A stretch of 64,000 nucleotides of DNA from Barthelona sp. PCE (lineage: Eukaryota): assembly GCA_040285745.1 (NCBI GenBank), contig JAUFOR010000001.1, positions 868,001-932,000 on the forward strand, read 5' to 3'. Positions 39,285-50,070 of the stretch are shown here, piece after piece (position 1 is the first letter of the stretch; the number at the start of each line of letters is the position of its first letter). The translations under genes and the position numbers were made by a program. A model generated the notes under the pieces. That model made no database searches. It saw only the letters and a program-made list of their open reading frames with translations, and was not told where the DNA came from.

Positions 39285-39980
39285 TTACTCTTGTACTGGG
39301 ACTGGTTGCTCTGGGACGTTAAAGTTGGGGTTGAAGCTCTGTAACAACACACGCATCATGCCCCCAACCTGACGCAAAAGGCCTGGTCTCGGCCTCGGAA
39401 CCGGTGTGGCTTCGCTGGGGTCATCTGTTCCCTCCCCGCGCACTAAGGCTTGCTGTTCTTCTAGTATTGAATTTGCAACGCTCTCAGGGACAACAAACGT
39501 GCGACATTCACCCGTTCTCACCGCTCTTGTCATTTCAATCGCTGCTACAGTTGCCGCTGCGGAGGCTGTCGCGGGAACAAAGCTCGTTGGTCGTTCTACT
39601 ATCTCAGGTTCGACTGTCTCCGGCACAACTTCAGGCATTGTAGGCTGCTGTGCTGCATTCTTTGGGAATACATAAATTGTTATCAATGCATCTGGACTAT
39701 CGTCCTCCATCATGGTACCCACAACTGTGTCGATATCAACAACAGTGTTTTGATGCATTAAAACAACTTCACCCTCATAAAACCCATGTTCTGAATTCCT
39801 TAGTTCTGTAATAATCTCAGAAAATGTTCTTTCACGCGATATACGAACTGTAATTGGTTCCAAAATGCGAAAAACACGCAATTGAACTGTGATAAAATCT
39901 ATTTCATTGGCTTCCTCCAACAGCTCATTCTTTTCATTAGCTTCCTGGTCCATCCACTGTGTGTGTGCAGATGACGTCAT
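39285..39980 (-). CDS. Ubiquitin-like domain protein (possibly HERP-like)
   Basis: Beta-grasp-like N-terminal segment; C-terminal LLQSFNP; likely start MTSSA. Confidence 0.5.
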   Translation of the reverse strand: MTSSAHTQWMDQEANEKNELLEEANEIDFITVQLRVFRILEPITVRISRERTFSEIITELRNSEHGFYEGEVVLMHQNTVVDIDTVVGTMMEDDSPDALITIYVFPKNAAQQPTMPEVVPETVEPEIVERPTSFVPATASAAATVAAIEMTRAVRTGECRTFVVPESVANSILEEQQALVRGEGTDDPSEATPVPRPRPGLLRQVGGMMRVLLQSFNPNFNVPEQPVPVQE

Positions 39981-40008
39981 ATAAAAAAGGGAAAAAACAA
40001 ACAACGTT

Positions 40009-42460
40009 TTACTGATCTAACACATTGGTCAAAAGATCATATGCCCTCAGACTCACTTGCGCCTTGGCACGAACGACGTTCTCCTCGTCTCTAAATTCAA
40101 TTTCCATTTGATCAATATCACCATTCTTATAAACACTCTTCAAATTGATATTTGCAACATAATTGACCTCTAAATCATCTGAAATCCAAAACTCTACATC
40201 AGACGGGATTCGTTTACGGTGGTTAGGCGCAATAAAATCAAGTCGACGTAGACGCTTTCCATATGTAGGTGTAAACTGCCATCTCTTAGCAATACCAATT
40301 TCAAACTCCTCTGTTTTCAGATCAAACGGCTTGCTTCTCAGGTCTGCAGTAAGATTTCCTAAGCATTTGACAACCAACTCTACATCCTCGCACATCGAGG
40401 CTTCATCAACCGCTTTCACTGAGAAAACCTGCACCTGCATGGTACCTATAACATCAGTCTCTTCCTGCTTTGTGTTCACTTCTCTTGGGGTAGGAGGTTT
40501 CGAGCTTGGCCTACTTTCCGTTTTCTCCTCCACTACCTCCTCCGTTTTCGGTATCTCATCCTTCGGCTCTGAAATAGTTTCTTTCTGTGTTTCTTTCTCT
40601 GTTATAATTTCCGGCTCCGGTTCTGGAGTCTTGACCTTAACCGGTTCTTCAACATTCTGTACAGGCTTATCTTCTACAACAACAACAGGTTCTTCCTCCT
40701 CCATAGGTTCTGTGTGCAAAGACTTTTCTTCTTCCCTGGCGGCAGGCCCATCTATTCTCTTCATCTGGGCTGCCCTCGTAGTAACGTGCTCCATAAGCGC
40801 CTCATTGTTCGAAATAAGCTCTCTTGTATTAATCAAAAAGTCTTCGCTGAGTTCTTCTAAAAATTTGCAGCAAAAACTGATGGAAATGCGAGCTTCACGG
40901 TATTCTACCCTTTTGCGAAGCATAGGCACCAATAACAAGTCCCTCAACAATAGTTTTTGTGTCTCAATAATTTCGTTGTTTTTTAGCAAAGAAACATAAA
41001 AGGGGAATCGCAACAATGCTATCAATTGGTTTGGGTATATGTCGAACAAGAAGTCAAACATGCTCTCGATCTTTATCGCCCGTGCAGAGTACGCAAACGA
41101 TGATGATGCGATAGCTCCATATCCGCAATGAGAAATTACCAACGTGAAAACACCTGATTCCGGCTGGTCAAAGACAACGCGCTCAATATCAACACCAAGC
41201 ACATTCTCATCTGCCTTGAGGAACGCGACTGACCCACTATTGTCCCCATCCTCGGTGACGTTCTGCGTGTTGGGCATCTTTGTAAGCTCCCGAGTTAGTA
41301 CATTCACCTTCTCTTCCGAGTCAATCAACGCGGTCTTAAGCCTCTCGCTAACAGACTTGAGACTCTTAACCATCTTCATCAGCCTGCCGTTCTCACTAAG
41401 CAAAACTCGATTCTCCTTCAAGACACTATCATAACTCTCGCCATCATCCAGGCGCACTACATACCCGCTGCTGCACAGTATCTCCGTGGCGCGCTTGAGG
41501 GACATCTCCGACTGGGCGTCCATTGTGCCGTTGTTTGTCGACGTCATCTTTAGCAACTTTCTCAGCTGCTCCAGTTCTTGGTTCAGATGCGACTCATCAT
41601 AGTTTGTGTTCCTGGCCTTCTCGAGGTCTGCCTCCGCCTGCCTCATACGCTCTTCAAATGCACCCTTCTGGCTTTCAGACTGCAGCAACAAATTTCTTGA
41701 CTTCTTCAGCTGTGTTTGTAAATCCACAATCTGAGCCTTGTGACTCGCCTCAACCGCAGACGTCTGCGATCGAACCGTGGAAACAACAGCCTCAAGATCC
41801 GAGTACTTATTTGCAATTCGCTCCTTGTCTTCCTCAGCCACAGTCTTCTGGTGATACATGTTCTCGAGATCCAGCTTCAGCTCCTCTATCTTCGACTCCA
41901 GCAGGAATGCCTTGTCGCTCCTCTGCTGCATAGCCTCACATTCGTCCCTTAGAGAACGGTACTTCTCCTTCAACGATTCAAAAGCATCCACGAGACTTGA
42001 CTTATCTGTTTCTACGTTACTGTACTTCATGCGCAGCAAGTTTCTCTCCTCCACTGCCTGGTTTAGATCGGCTTTAAGAATCGCAATCTCCTCCATCGCA
42101 CTCCCTGCTGTGAACTCCACATCTTTCAGTTTGGTACTCAATCGATCTCTACCCACGTTCTTTTCCCGAAGAGATGCATTATCCTGCAACAAATCTGTGA
42201 TTTTATGATCTGCTGTAAGTAGTTTCTCTCGTAAAAGTGTTATGATGAGCTTCAATTTTCTGTTTTGTTCTTGGACAATAGGATTATCTGATGGTTCGAC
42301 AGGTGCGTGCTCCTTTTGTGGGTGCTCCCTCCTCTTCCTTCTTGTTCTTGGTTCTGATCTTGCCCTTTTGCGCTTCCTTTGCAAATTTGTATCAACCACC
42401 GGTTTCACATGCTCAAAATTGTGCTTGCGCCGATTACTCGGAAGTGACGAGTAGTTGTAG
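40009..42460 (-). CDS. RPGRIP1L/MKS5-like coiled-coil + C2 protein; start unresolved
   Basis: Long coiled coil, C2-like region, acidic linker, C-terminal C2-like domain; first in-frame ATG only at 42096. Confidence 0.6.
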
Positions 42461-42634
42461 TTGAAAATTTTCAAAAAAAATAAAGAAAGAAATGGGTTAA
42501 ATATTGCGCAACAACACAAAATTCATTTACTCCTTATAATATACCTTGAAGACCTCCAAGCTGTCTCTTTGGGGAGAATTATCCAGCTCATGTGTACAAA
42601 AACTCGTTATACGTTTTTCTTTCCTTCTCACATC

Positions 42635-44956
42635 ATGAAAGACAGTGTGCTAAAACTTACGTACACACGTGAATTCGGGACGGATCCAATCCTCGGAATT
42701 GCACAGAGCTCACACGATTTTCTCTTACTAGCAAGTGATTCGGGCAGTTTGCACCATATAAACAAAAGCGGTAAAGAAGACGCACCATTTGGAACGTTCG
42801 AGGACACACACTTCTCATGCATTGACACATTCTTGAATCCCAAAGCGGACGATTTAGTTGTAGGTGGAACCTCGAATGGTTGCCTTATTTTTACATCAAT
42901 TCAATCGCAACCATCCTTTAAAATCGTCGACAACGCCCATACAGGCTGCGTTCTGAGTGTATGTATTAGTGTTGATGGTTCTTCCGTAGTTTCAACTGGC
43001 GAAGATGGTCTTGTCAATGTATGGTCCAAGAACGGTGTTCTGAGATCCACACTGTACACGTCCACAGACCCTGTGCTTCAGTGCGAGTGGATCAATGAAG
43101 CAACGCTGTTGTGCTTATGCTCATCAGACCTTTTTGTCATCATACCTGTACAACCCACTCACGCAGCAATGGAATGGAAGGCACCTATCAGCAACGTGAC
43201 TTGCTTCGCTCACTGTCCCAATAGCGTTTTTTGCGTTATGGGGAACCAGGCAGGGCAAATCGCCGTCTCCGACCTCGACGGCGGCTTGCAGAGAAGCATA
43301 GAAATCGTGGCCAACAACGAGATCACGTCGATTGCCATCTCCAACGACGAGACGCCTCTCATTGTTGCAGGTTTTCATGGAGGTTTCGCCCTGTGCTCTG
43401 TTCTCGGAGAAGTGCAGTCTCTGATCATGGACTGGAAGCTTGAGACCGTTACATCGGTGTGCTTCTCTCCCAGTGGTCACCGTGTGTCGATAGCGACATG
43501 CTGTGGCATTATCAAGTCATTCTTTATCTCAAAGGAGTACAGTGCAGGTGGTCAGTGTTTCCACAGGAATGAGATGTGCTATGAGTACTATATGCACAGT
43601 AAGCCGGACAACAGGGTCAGTTTGTTGATTAACGAGCCTGTGGAGCTCATTGCTGCCCAGAAGAAGCACGCGCTTATCTCAGCCAAAAATTCTCTGTTTC
43701 TATTTGATCTGGACAACACAGAGACCCCACTTCATCACACTTTCTCGCCAAAGGTGCACGTCATGCACATCAAAGCCTCGAAATCTCTGTTCTTGGTAAT
43801 TTCCTCAGACTTCTCGATAGATGTCTTCAACCAAAATCTCAAAGAAGTCTCCTCTCTGCGGCTGAATAAGCTGCCAGATGCGAATCTTGTGGATATCAGC
43901 GATAAACACATCTGCTTTGTCAACCCAGCACAGCCTAGCGTTGCACACTTTGTATCCACTGAGAATGGTAAACCGTCAGCGCACTCTGTAACATGTATCG
44001 GTATCATCCGCAAGGTGAGCATCGCACCCGACGACTCACAGCTGTTCATCATTGATAAGAATAATGATCTACACATTGCCCCAATCACCGCTTTGACGAA
44101 TCCAGAACCTGAGCACAGTATTTTCAAACTACAGACAATGGTCTCTTCCGCCAAGTGGCACAGCTCTGCGCCGATCCTGGCGGTTCTGCACCACGGGGAA
44201 ATCAATGTATTCCTTGATCCCATGTGCATCACACTTGAGCAGACGCTGCTCGAAAAAACAATCGACACAATTAGTCTACCCGAAGGCATGAGCACCGCCG
44301 TCCTCCTGTCATTCAGCAACGGGTACCTTTCACTGACTTCCTCCACAATTGGAACACGCAAGACAACACCACCCGGCGTCCAGTTCTTGCTTCCGTATCC
44401 ATCGTTTGGTGCACTCTTGTACCGTCTGCTAGCTAGGAACAATTCACAACAGGCGCTTCGTCTGTGTCAGTACGTGTCGCAGGAACCGCTGTGGACAATT
44501 CTTGCCAGATGGTCCTTGATCAACTACCACGCAGACATGGCTGAACGATGCTTTGCCGAGTTGAAGATGATTCCGTATGTACTGTATCTTCGCACAGTGC
44601 AGACATACGAGACCGAGATCGCACAGAAGGCAGAGATCTTGTTGTTGTTGAGTAAGGTGGATGATGCTGTTACTCTGTTGTTGAGTTACGGACTCATTTA
44701 TAGGGCGATTGAGATGAGGTGGAAGACAGGTGACTGGATGGGAGCATTGGAGCTTGCCGCACACCAGAGGAAGCACGTAGACACTGTGGTTTACAAGCGT
44801 CAGTTGTATCTTCAGCAATTGCAAACAACTGAGACAAATGAAAAGTTTATGAAATTAAATGAGCGATTACAAGTGAATCCAGAAGAGATAGAAGCAAGGA
44901 TTGAGGAGGAGCTGAGTAATGAGAAGGCTTTAACGGAGAGTTCTCTTGCATTGTAA
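42635..44956 (+). CDS. IFT80: Intraflagellar transport protein 80
   Basis: AHTG...GEDGLVNVWSKNGVLRSTL, ALRLC, GLIYRAI, ALELA...KHVDTVV. Confidence 0.92.
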   Translation: MKDSVLKLTYTREFGTDPILGIAQSSHDFLLLASDSGSLHHINKSGKEDAPFGTFEDTHFSCIDTFLNPKADDLVVGGTSNGCLIFTSIQSQPSFKIVDNAHTGCVLSVCISVDGSSVVSTGEDGLVNVWSKNGVLRSTLYTSTDPVLQCEWINEATLLCLCSSDLFVIIPVQPTHAAMEWKAPISNVTCFAHCPNSVFCVMGNQAGQIAVSDLDGGLQRSIEIVANNEITSIAISNDETPLIVAGFHGGFALCSVLGEVQSLIMDWKLETVTSVCFSPSGHRVSIATCCGIIKSFFISKEYSAGGQCFHRNEMCYEYYMHSKPDNRVSLLINEPVELIAAQKKHALISAKNSLFLFDLDNTETPLHHTFSPKVHVMHIKASKSLFLVISSDFSIDVFNQNLKEVSSLRLNKLPDANLVDISDKHICFVNPAQPSVAHFVSTENGKPSAHSVTCIGIIRKVSIAPDDSQLFIIDKNNDLHIAPITALTNPEPEHSIFKLQTMVSSAKWHSSAPILAVLHHGEINVFLDPMCITLEQTLLEKTIDTISLPEGMSTAVLLSFSNGYLSLTSSTIGTRKTTPPGVQFLLPYPSFGALLYRLLARNNSQQALRLCQYVSQEPLWTILARWSLINYHADMAERCFAELKMIPYVLYLRTVQTYETEIAQKAEILLLLSKVDDAVTLLLSYGLIYRAIEMRWKTGDWMGALELAAHQRKHVDTVVYKRQLYLQQLQTTETNEKFMKLNERLQVNPEEIEARIEEELSNEKALTESSLAL

Positions 44957-45009
44957 AAAAATCGATTTTTTGTTTTGTTTTTGTTTTTATACCCTTCTTT
45001 TTGGGCATT

Positions 45010-45459
45010 ATGGTCAAACCCAGAACCACACGCTTTTATTTGAACGCAACAGCGTGGATAATATGCATTGACATAGTTTTGAGTTTTTTTACGCTAAATC
45101 TGGACATTTCTATCCCTCTTGTTATCGTTTTCTCGTGTGTACATGTGCTAATGATGGCGTTAACCCTTCTTTTTGTATACTTATATATTTCTACAACAAG
45201 AGCTAGTTCACGCGGAAATGTAGGTTTAATCACAAAGGTATCATTCCCTGTTCTGTGGACGATGGGGTGGAAGCTTTTCTTTCTGATCATCTATGTTATC
45301 CTCCGTGTAACCCGCAAATTAGTTGATGATGTAATTTTCAAGTGGTCACAGTTCGGTTTATTTATTGGATTTGGTCTTAACATGGGTGCGGTTGGTCTAT
45401 ACTACAAGAACCTCCTGTTCCCAGAGCTTCACGCTAACGGTCCACATCTGACTATTTAA
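45010..45459 (+). CDS. Small multi-pass membrane protein, TMEM138-like
   Basis: Size and TM layout, with STT...G.VGLI.K and AVGLYY resembling TMEM138. Confidence 0.55.
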   Translation: MVKPRTTRFYLNATAWIICIDIVLSFFTLNLDISIPLVIVFSCVHVLMMALTLLFVYLYISTTRASSRGNVGLITKVSFPVLWTMGWKLFFLIIYVILRVTRKLVDDVIFKWSQFGLFIGFGLNMGAVGLYYKNLLFPELHANGPHLTI

Positions 45460-45464
45460 CACCA

Positions 45465-46031
45465 TCAACGGAGTCCAAATGATGGAAGTCCGTGAACATT
45501 TGTGCTTGTCATGGACTGCTGCTGCAGTTGAGGAAGTCCCTGCTGCATTTGGGGAACGGGCATAGATTCCGTTTGTTCCTGAATAATATCTTCTTCTTTT
45601 GTGCTTGTAGCTACAGAGGTGGATATCTCGAAATCGTTAAAGGTGAGCAAGTGACGACCAACTGGAAGCTGCTGTTCAGCTAATTGCAATTTTGCATCGC
45701 CAAATTTGTTTGTAAGATCTGGAATGGCTTGTTGCTGCACAGCTTGCGAGAATAAATTAACCCTCCTGTTACGGAAACGTTGTAAAAGTGCTCCAACAAT
45801 TTGGATATCACTGGTTCCCAATTGAATTGCATTGGCTTGCTTTAATGTGTGCCTTCTAAATGTGTGGAAGTTCCAAGAAACCTCCAGAATCTTGTTGAGG
45901 TAAGCATATCGTGCCTCAACAAGCATTGGAATGACATTTGGATGAACTCTTTTCACACCTGCATCTGCCAGCAATTTCTTCACAAGTTCGAACTCCGCCG
46001 GGAGCTTTGTCTCGCCCTCTACTGCTTCCAT
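45465..46031 (-). CDS. TAF9-like histone-fold TFIID subunit
   Basis: LPAE..LVKKLLADAGVKRVHPNVIPMLVE..YAY; LPVGRHLLT.ND. Confidence 0.7.
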   Translation of the reverse strand: MEAVEGETKLPAEFELVKKLLADAGVKRVHPNVIPMLVEARYAYLNKILEVSWNFHTFRRHTLKQANAIQLGTSDIQIVGALLQRFRNRRVNLFSQAVQQQAIPDLTNKFGDAKLQLAEQQLPVGRHLLTFNDFEISTSVATSTKEEDIIQEQTESMPVPQMQQGLPQLQQQSMTSTNVHGLPSFGLR

Positions 46032-46102
46032 ATATCGAAAAGGGTTGAATAGTATTCACAAACCAACTTTCCACCTTATTCTCTTTTACAAAGTATATCA
46101 GG

Positions 46103-46822
46103 ATGTCGAACGTTGAAAACGAGCCAATTCCAGAGGTTACAATGCCTAAAAAAACACGCAAGCGTCGCAAGCGCAGAAAAACAACTACAGATGGTACTGA
46201 AAGCGAAAGCGCTAAATCAGAAGTTGAATCCACCACAGAATCGGGCATTGAGGATCTCTCTGATTTCTCTTTGGATCTATCGAACATTAATGTTCGTCGT
46301 AGAAAAACTGATCGTCGTAAGCGCACTACAAAGAAGTCTGATAAGGCTGAGGTCGAAGCAAACAACGCCAAAATCAGGATGGCTTTAGAGGAAGAATACA
46401 ACGATTATCATGCCAGGATTTACGAGTTATTGGAGAAACAGCATCCACACAAGACTGGAGATGTGGACAAGATCAGTGTCCCTCTACCCCGTGTTAAGGC
46501 TGTCTCCAAGAAGACATATGTTGAGAACTTTGCCAGAATTTGCTCAGCTCTCAACAGACCTCAGACTCACCTTCAAGCATATTTTGAGACCGAATTCTCC
46601 ACAACTTCATCTATTGACTCAGAGGGTAGATTGATTCTTAGAGCAAAGAAGATTCACAACCGTTTCCAGAAGGTTCTCACAGCCTATGTCCTCAATTTTG
46701 TGCAATGTCCAAACTGTTCAGCTGCAAACACAGATTTTGAGAACGATCCTAAACGACGTCTCATGATGATCTCCTGTAACAACTGCGGTGCTAAGCATTC
46801 CGTAAATATGACAACAAAGTAA
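46103..46822 (+). CDS. EIF2S2: Translation initiation factor eIF2 beta
   Basis: Basic boxes, KKT...NFARIC..LNR, C2-C2 zinc ribbon. Confidence 0.92.
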   Translation: MSNVENEPIPEVTMPKKTRKRRKRRKTTTDGTESESAKSEVESTTESGIEDLSDFSLDLSNINVRRRKTDRRKRTTKKSDKAEVEANNAKIRMALEEEYNDYHARIYELLEKQHPHKTGDVDKISVPLPRVKAVSKKTYVENFARICSALNRPQTHLQAYFETEFSTTSSIDSEGRLILRAKKIHNRFQKVLTAYVLNFVQCPNCSAANTDFENDPKRRLMMISCNNCGAKHSVNMTTK

Positions 46823-46860
46823 AACAAGTAAAAAAAACTTCTTTTCGTTTACATAATCTA

Positions 46861-48774
46861 CTATAGCGCGAGAACTGGTAGAGACAGGTCGTGAACTGCA
46901 ACAGGGTTCCGGGTTGCACGTTTCACAGAAAGTGCCTTTCGCTTGGGTGCTGGTTTTGCCCTCTTAAATGGTATACGCGTTCGTACAGGCACTTTCTCTC
47001 CAATACTAATACGCCTCACCTTCGGAGGGCTATATCTCTGCATTACTGTGAATGAATCACTGTTGATAAACGGACACAAAGAAGTGACGCTGCACGTCTT
47101 CAAATTCAACGGGACCTTGGCCGCTGAGAATCTCGGTTTCGTCTGTATTGGCTCAATACTGAACGATTCTGTCTTTTTCTTCAGTCTATTTAGTCGATCA
47201 ATGGCACTAAGACTTCTTTGCATTCGTTTTGGTTCAGGCTCTTTTTTTGGTACACAAACTGGTGTAAAATCTGTTGCTGAGTGTATCTTACGGCTGATAC
47301 GCTTAGGGGATGTCTTCTTCGGAGTTTTAGGGGTTCGTACAATAGGATTCCGATTATTGAGAGAAACTGACTTCATTTTATCCATGAACGTGTCCGTCTC
47401 CTCTCGGGTGGGGAGAGGGAACAGTTTCTCAAAAACAGTTGCCTTCTTAGGGGCTATACGCATCGCAAAAGGTTTCGATATTTGTCTCCGAGGATGCTTC
47501 GATACAATAGATGTGACTCCGTCTTTGCTTTGTAGACCAAGCAGTCGCTCATCGGCCTTTATACGCTCCTCAGCAAAGTACCTCCGACGATCACTGCCCT
47601 TTACGTTTATCAACCTCAAGACGTTTCGCAATAGATTAAACTTAATAGACTCATCAAGCACTGAATCACATGTGAACGAGGGTGAATGGTTCACTTCGAT
47701 GAGAGTTGGTTTCATATTTTTATCAAACATGACATCAAACCCCAAAATCTCAAAGGCGTTAGAGCGAGATACATGGATGTTGTGCATGATCTCGGAGCTG
47801 ACAAGCCCCACTGTGTGAACAGCAAGGCGCCCGACTTCTCTCCAGACAGCGTCAAAGTCAACATTCTTCCGCTGAGTAAAATATGCACGTAGCATTGCTA
47901 CTGACCATTTATGCCCGCAACGCTCGAACAACTCACTCTCCCCAAGCGTCCCCATCATCTCTGAGATCTCCTCGTGCGAGAAAACCCTTGGGGGTTGAAC
48001 GAAACCACTATCCTTCTGAATCGCGTAATTTGTTAAATGCCGACTTACGTCAAGATCTTTCTTAGAATACTGACGCGTACAGAAGCGTACAAGGCCCTCT
48101 TCGTATAGGAAAACATGCGGCAACCTCTCCCCCGGCCTGGCAACAACGACAACGTACAGCCTCATGTCAAATTTTGTTTTTGCTATTAAACACGGATTCT
48201 TAACGTATCTCTGTACAACCATCTCGAAGGACGTATTCAACATACCTATATCACGCACCAGCTCAATTCCAGTGCCTTGACACGCTTTGAATGGCTTGTA
48301 AATATAAATTTCACTATGATTTGATAACGCATAATGTTGCAACGCCTCGATGTCACCTGGGAGAACAAAGCTCGGAGGTGTGAAATTAAAGTCCGGGGAG
48401 ATGCGTTTGGCGCGCTCGAATTTTCGTGCCAAAACATGCTTGTGGCATATACTGTGCATGCCTGCAATATGATTGAAGAACTGGAAAGGGTACCCCGCCT
48501 TTGTGCGCTCAAGTCCAATGCTCCTATCCTGGAAATAAATGTTCCAAGGCTCATCAATGTCGACAATCTTGAATCCTTCGCTTTCTGCCGCTTCCCGTAC
48601 AACTTCATATTTGCAATTATCCAGGCAAATCATCTTCCGCGATTTAGCACTCTGGATCCGATCCTTTTGCTTCTTTCTATCGTGCAACACAATTTCTACA
48701 TCTTTAGTATTGAAGCTATTGTCAAAAGGGTCGCCCCCATGTGATGACGAACTCCTGCGCTCTTTTAAGACCAT
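46861..48774 (-). CDS. Tubulin polyglutamylase (TTLL6/13-like)
   Basis: YIYKP..CQGTGI, VQRY, KFDMRLY, HLTNY, FEILGFD, IEVNHSPSF. Confidence 0.9.
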   Translation of the reverse strand: MVLKERRSSSSHGGDPFDNSFNTKDVEIVLHDRKKQKDRIQSAKSRKMICLDNCKYEVVREAAESEGFKIVDIDEPWNIYFQDRSIGLERTKAGYPFQFFNHIAGMHSICHKHVLARKFERAKRISPDFNFTPPSFVLPGDIEALQHYALSNHSEIYIYKPFKACQGTGIELVRDIGMLNTSFEMVVQRYVKNPCLIAKTKFDMRLYVVVVARPGERLPHVFLYEEGLVRFCTRQYSKKDLDVSRHLTNYAIQKDSGFVQPPRVFSHEEISEMMGTLGESELFERCGHKWSVAMLRAYFTQRKNVDFDAVWREVGRLAVHTVGLVSSEIMHNIHVSRSNAFEILGFDVMFDKNMKPTLIEVNHSPSFTCDSVLDESIKFNLLRNVLRLINVKGSDRRRYFAEERIKADERLLGLQSKDGVTSIVSKHPRRQISKPFAMRIAPKKATVFEKLFPLPTREETDTFMDKMKSVSLNNRNPIVRTPKTPKKTSPKRISRKIHSATDFTPVCVPKKEPEPKRMQRSLSAIDRLNRLKKKTESFSIEPIQTKPRFSAAKVPLNLKTCSVTSLCPFINSDSFTVMQRYSPPKVRRISIGEKVPVRTRIPFKRAKPAPKRKALSVKRATRNPVAVHDLSLPVLAL

Positions 48775-48854
48775 CTATCGCAATACCATTCCACGATATG
48801 ATAATAAAAACTGATAACGGAAATATTACCTTTATTACAAAGTCAATTCAATTC

Positions 48855-49475
48855 ATGAATCCTGTTGTTTTTGGCACTACGCGTGCGGGCGATCTTTTCA
48901 ATAACATGAAGGGCATCGATTCATCAGTCAATCAAGTCATTGTTTCTAACAAATATATTGAGGTAGGTCTTGGCTACCAGGTTGAGGAGGATATATCCGC
49001 TGTTTGCGATGCATACAACAATGCTATTTTTCTTTTTATTGATGTTGAGTGTTTACAGCATCAAAAAATGGTTGAGTTTCTCGAGAACAGGAGAGAAAAC
49101 ATTGATATCCTCGCTTTACTCAAGTGGCCTGATACAGAAGAAACAATACTGAGGAGGTATGATAACTTAAAAACATACATTGAATTGATCGATTTACACG
49201 GTCACGAAGACGATGAAACTGGTTTCGAGCGCGTGCTCTCAGCCATAGAGACGAGCGATGTGCTGTATAGACATCTACAGCAGCAACAAATTGAGGAACC
49301 GTCTCCTTCTTACGATAATATGGAATGTGATTTGGATCTTATGCAGATGGGCGCGTTCCTATCGGAATCAAAGAAACGAGCAGAGAGTATGGACGAGGAA
49401 AGCAGAAGCGCCTTTGCGCTGCAACAAATACAATCTATAATAGGGATGCTAGATACCAGCTCAAACCTTGAATAG
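48855..49475 (+). CDS. Alpha/gamma-adaptin-binding protein p34 (AAGAB/Irc6)-like
   Basis: NKY, GFERVLSAIE and C-terminal DEESRSAFA motifs; likely start MNPVV. Confidence 0.6.
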   Translation: MNPVVFGTTRAGDLFNNMKGIDSSVNQVIVSNKYIEVGLGYQVEEDISAVCDAYNNAIFLFIDVECLQHQKMVEFLENRRENIDILALLKWPDTEETILRRYDNLKTYIELIDLHGHEDDETGFERVLSAIETSDVLYRHLQQQQIEEPSPSYDNMECDLDLMQMGAFLSESKKRAESMDEESRSAFALQQIQSIIGMLDTSSNLE

Positions 49476-49886
49476 ACGGCATTGGTGCTCAATAATGGAG
49501 CTTTGCTCAGTTGCAATGTGTGAAACCCGTCCCAAGCAGTCACTTATGCGCAGGGCGATCAGGTGCTTACATAAGTACTTTTTTTGTGTGTTGGCTACTG
49601 AAAAAAGGAAGTCTTGACATGAGCAATGTGTTTTTGAACAAAAATACTCACGAGAATTGTCTTTTCTAGAAAAAACGCGATAAATATGCGCCCCAGACTC
49701 TTGACAATGTAGCGCCTCGAACGAACACGTGTCTAGCACCTTGCTAACACCCAACATTGCCTGCTCCCCGAAAAGAAGTAAAAGACCTGCTACGCTATCA
49801 ACACTGATTGCATTTTCTGATGATATAGCCCTAAAAATAGAGTCTAGCAACCCCATGTCGCCGCCTTTGGAGGGCAAATCATCCAT
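49461..49886 (-). CDS. SWIM zinc-finger protein (ZSWIM7/SWS1-like)
   Basis: CSC.DF...CKH SWIM motif; likely start MDDLP. Confidence 0.78.
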   Translation of the reverse strand: MDDLPSKGGDMGLLDSIFRAISSENAISVDSVAGLLLLFGEQAMLGVSKVLDTCSFEALHCQESGAHIYRVFSRKDNSREYFCSKTHCSCQDFLFSVANTQKKYLCKHLIALRISDCLGRVSHIATEQSSIIEHQCRLFKV

Positions 49887-50070
49887 GAGGAGGTGAAAAA
49901 ACAGGATAAAAAGTATAGACAGTAAACTTGAACACATACAGCATGTTCAGATCTCCGATTACGGATTTTAACACATTGTAGATTCCAGCTGAGAGGCAGA
50001 AATTGAATTTCAAAGACAAATCATTGTTTTTTCCTTTTCTAACTCTTTACACTTTCACACACTCCCACAA

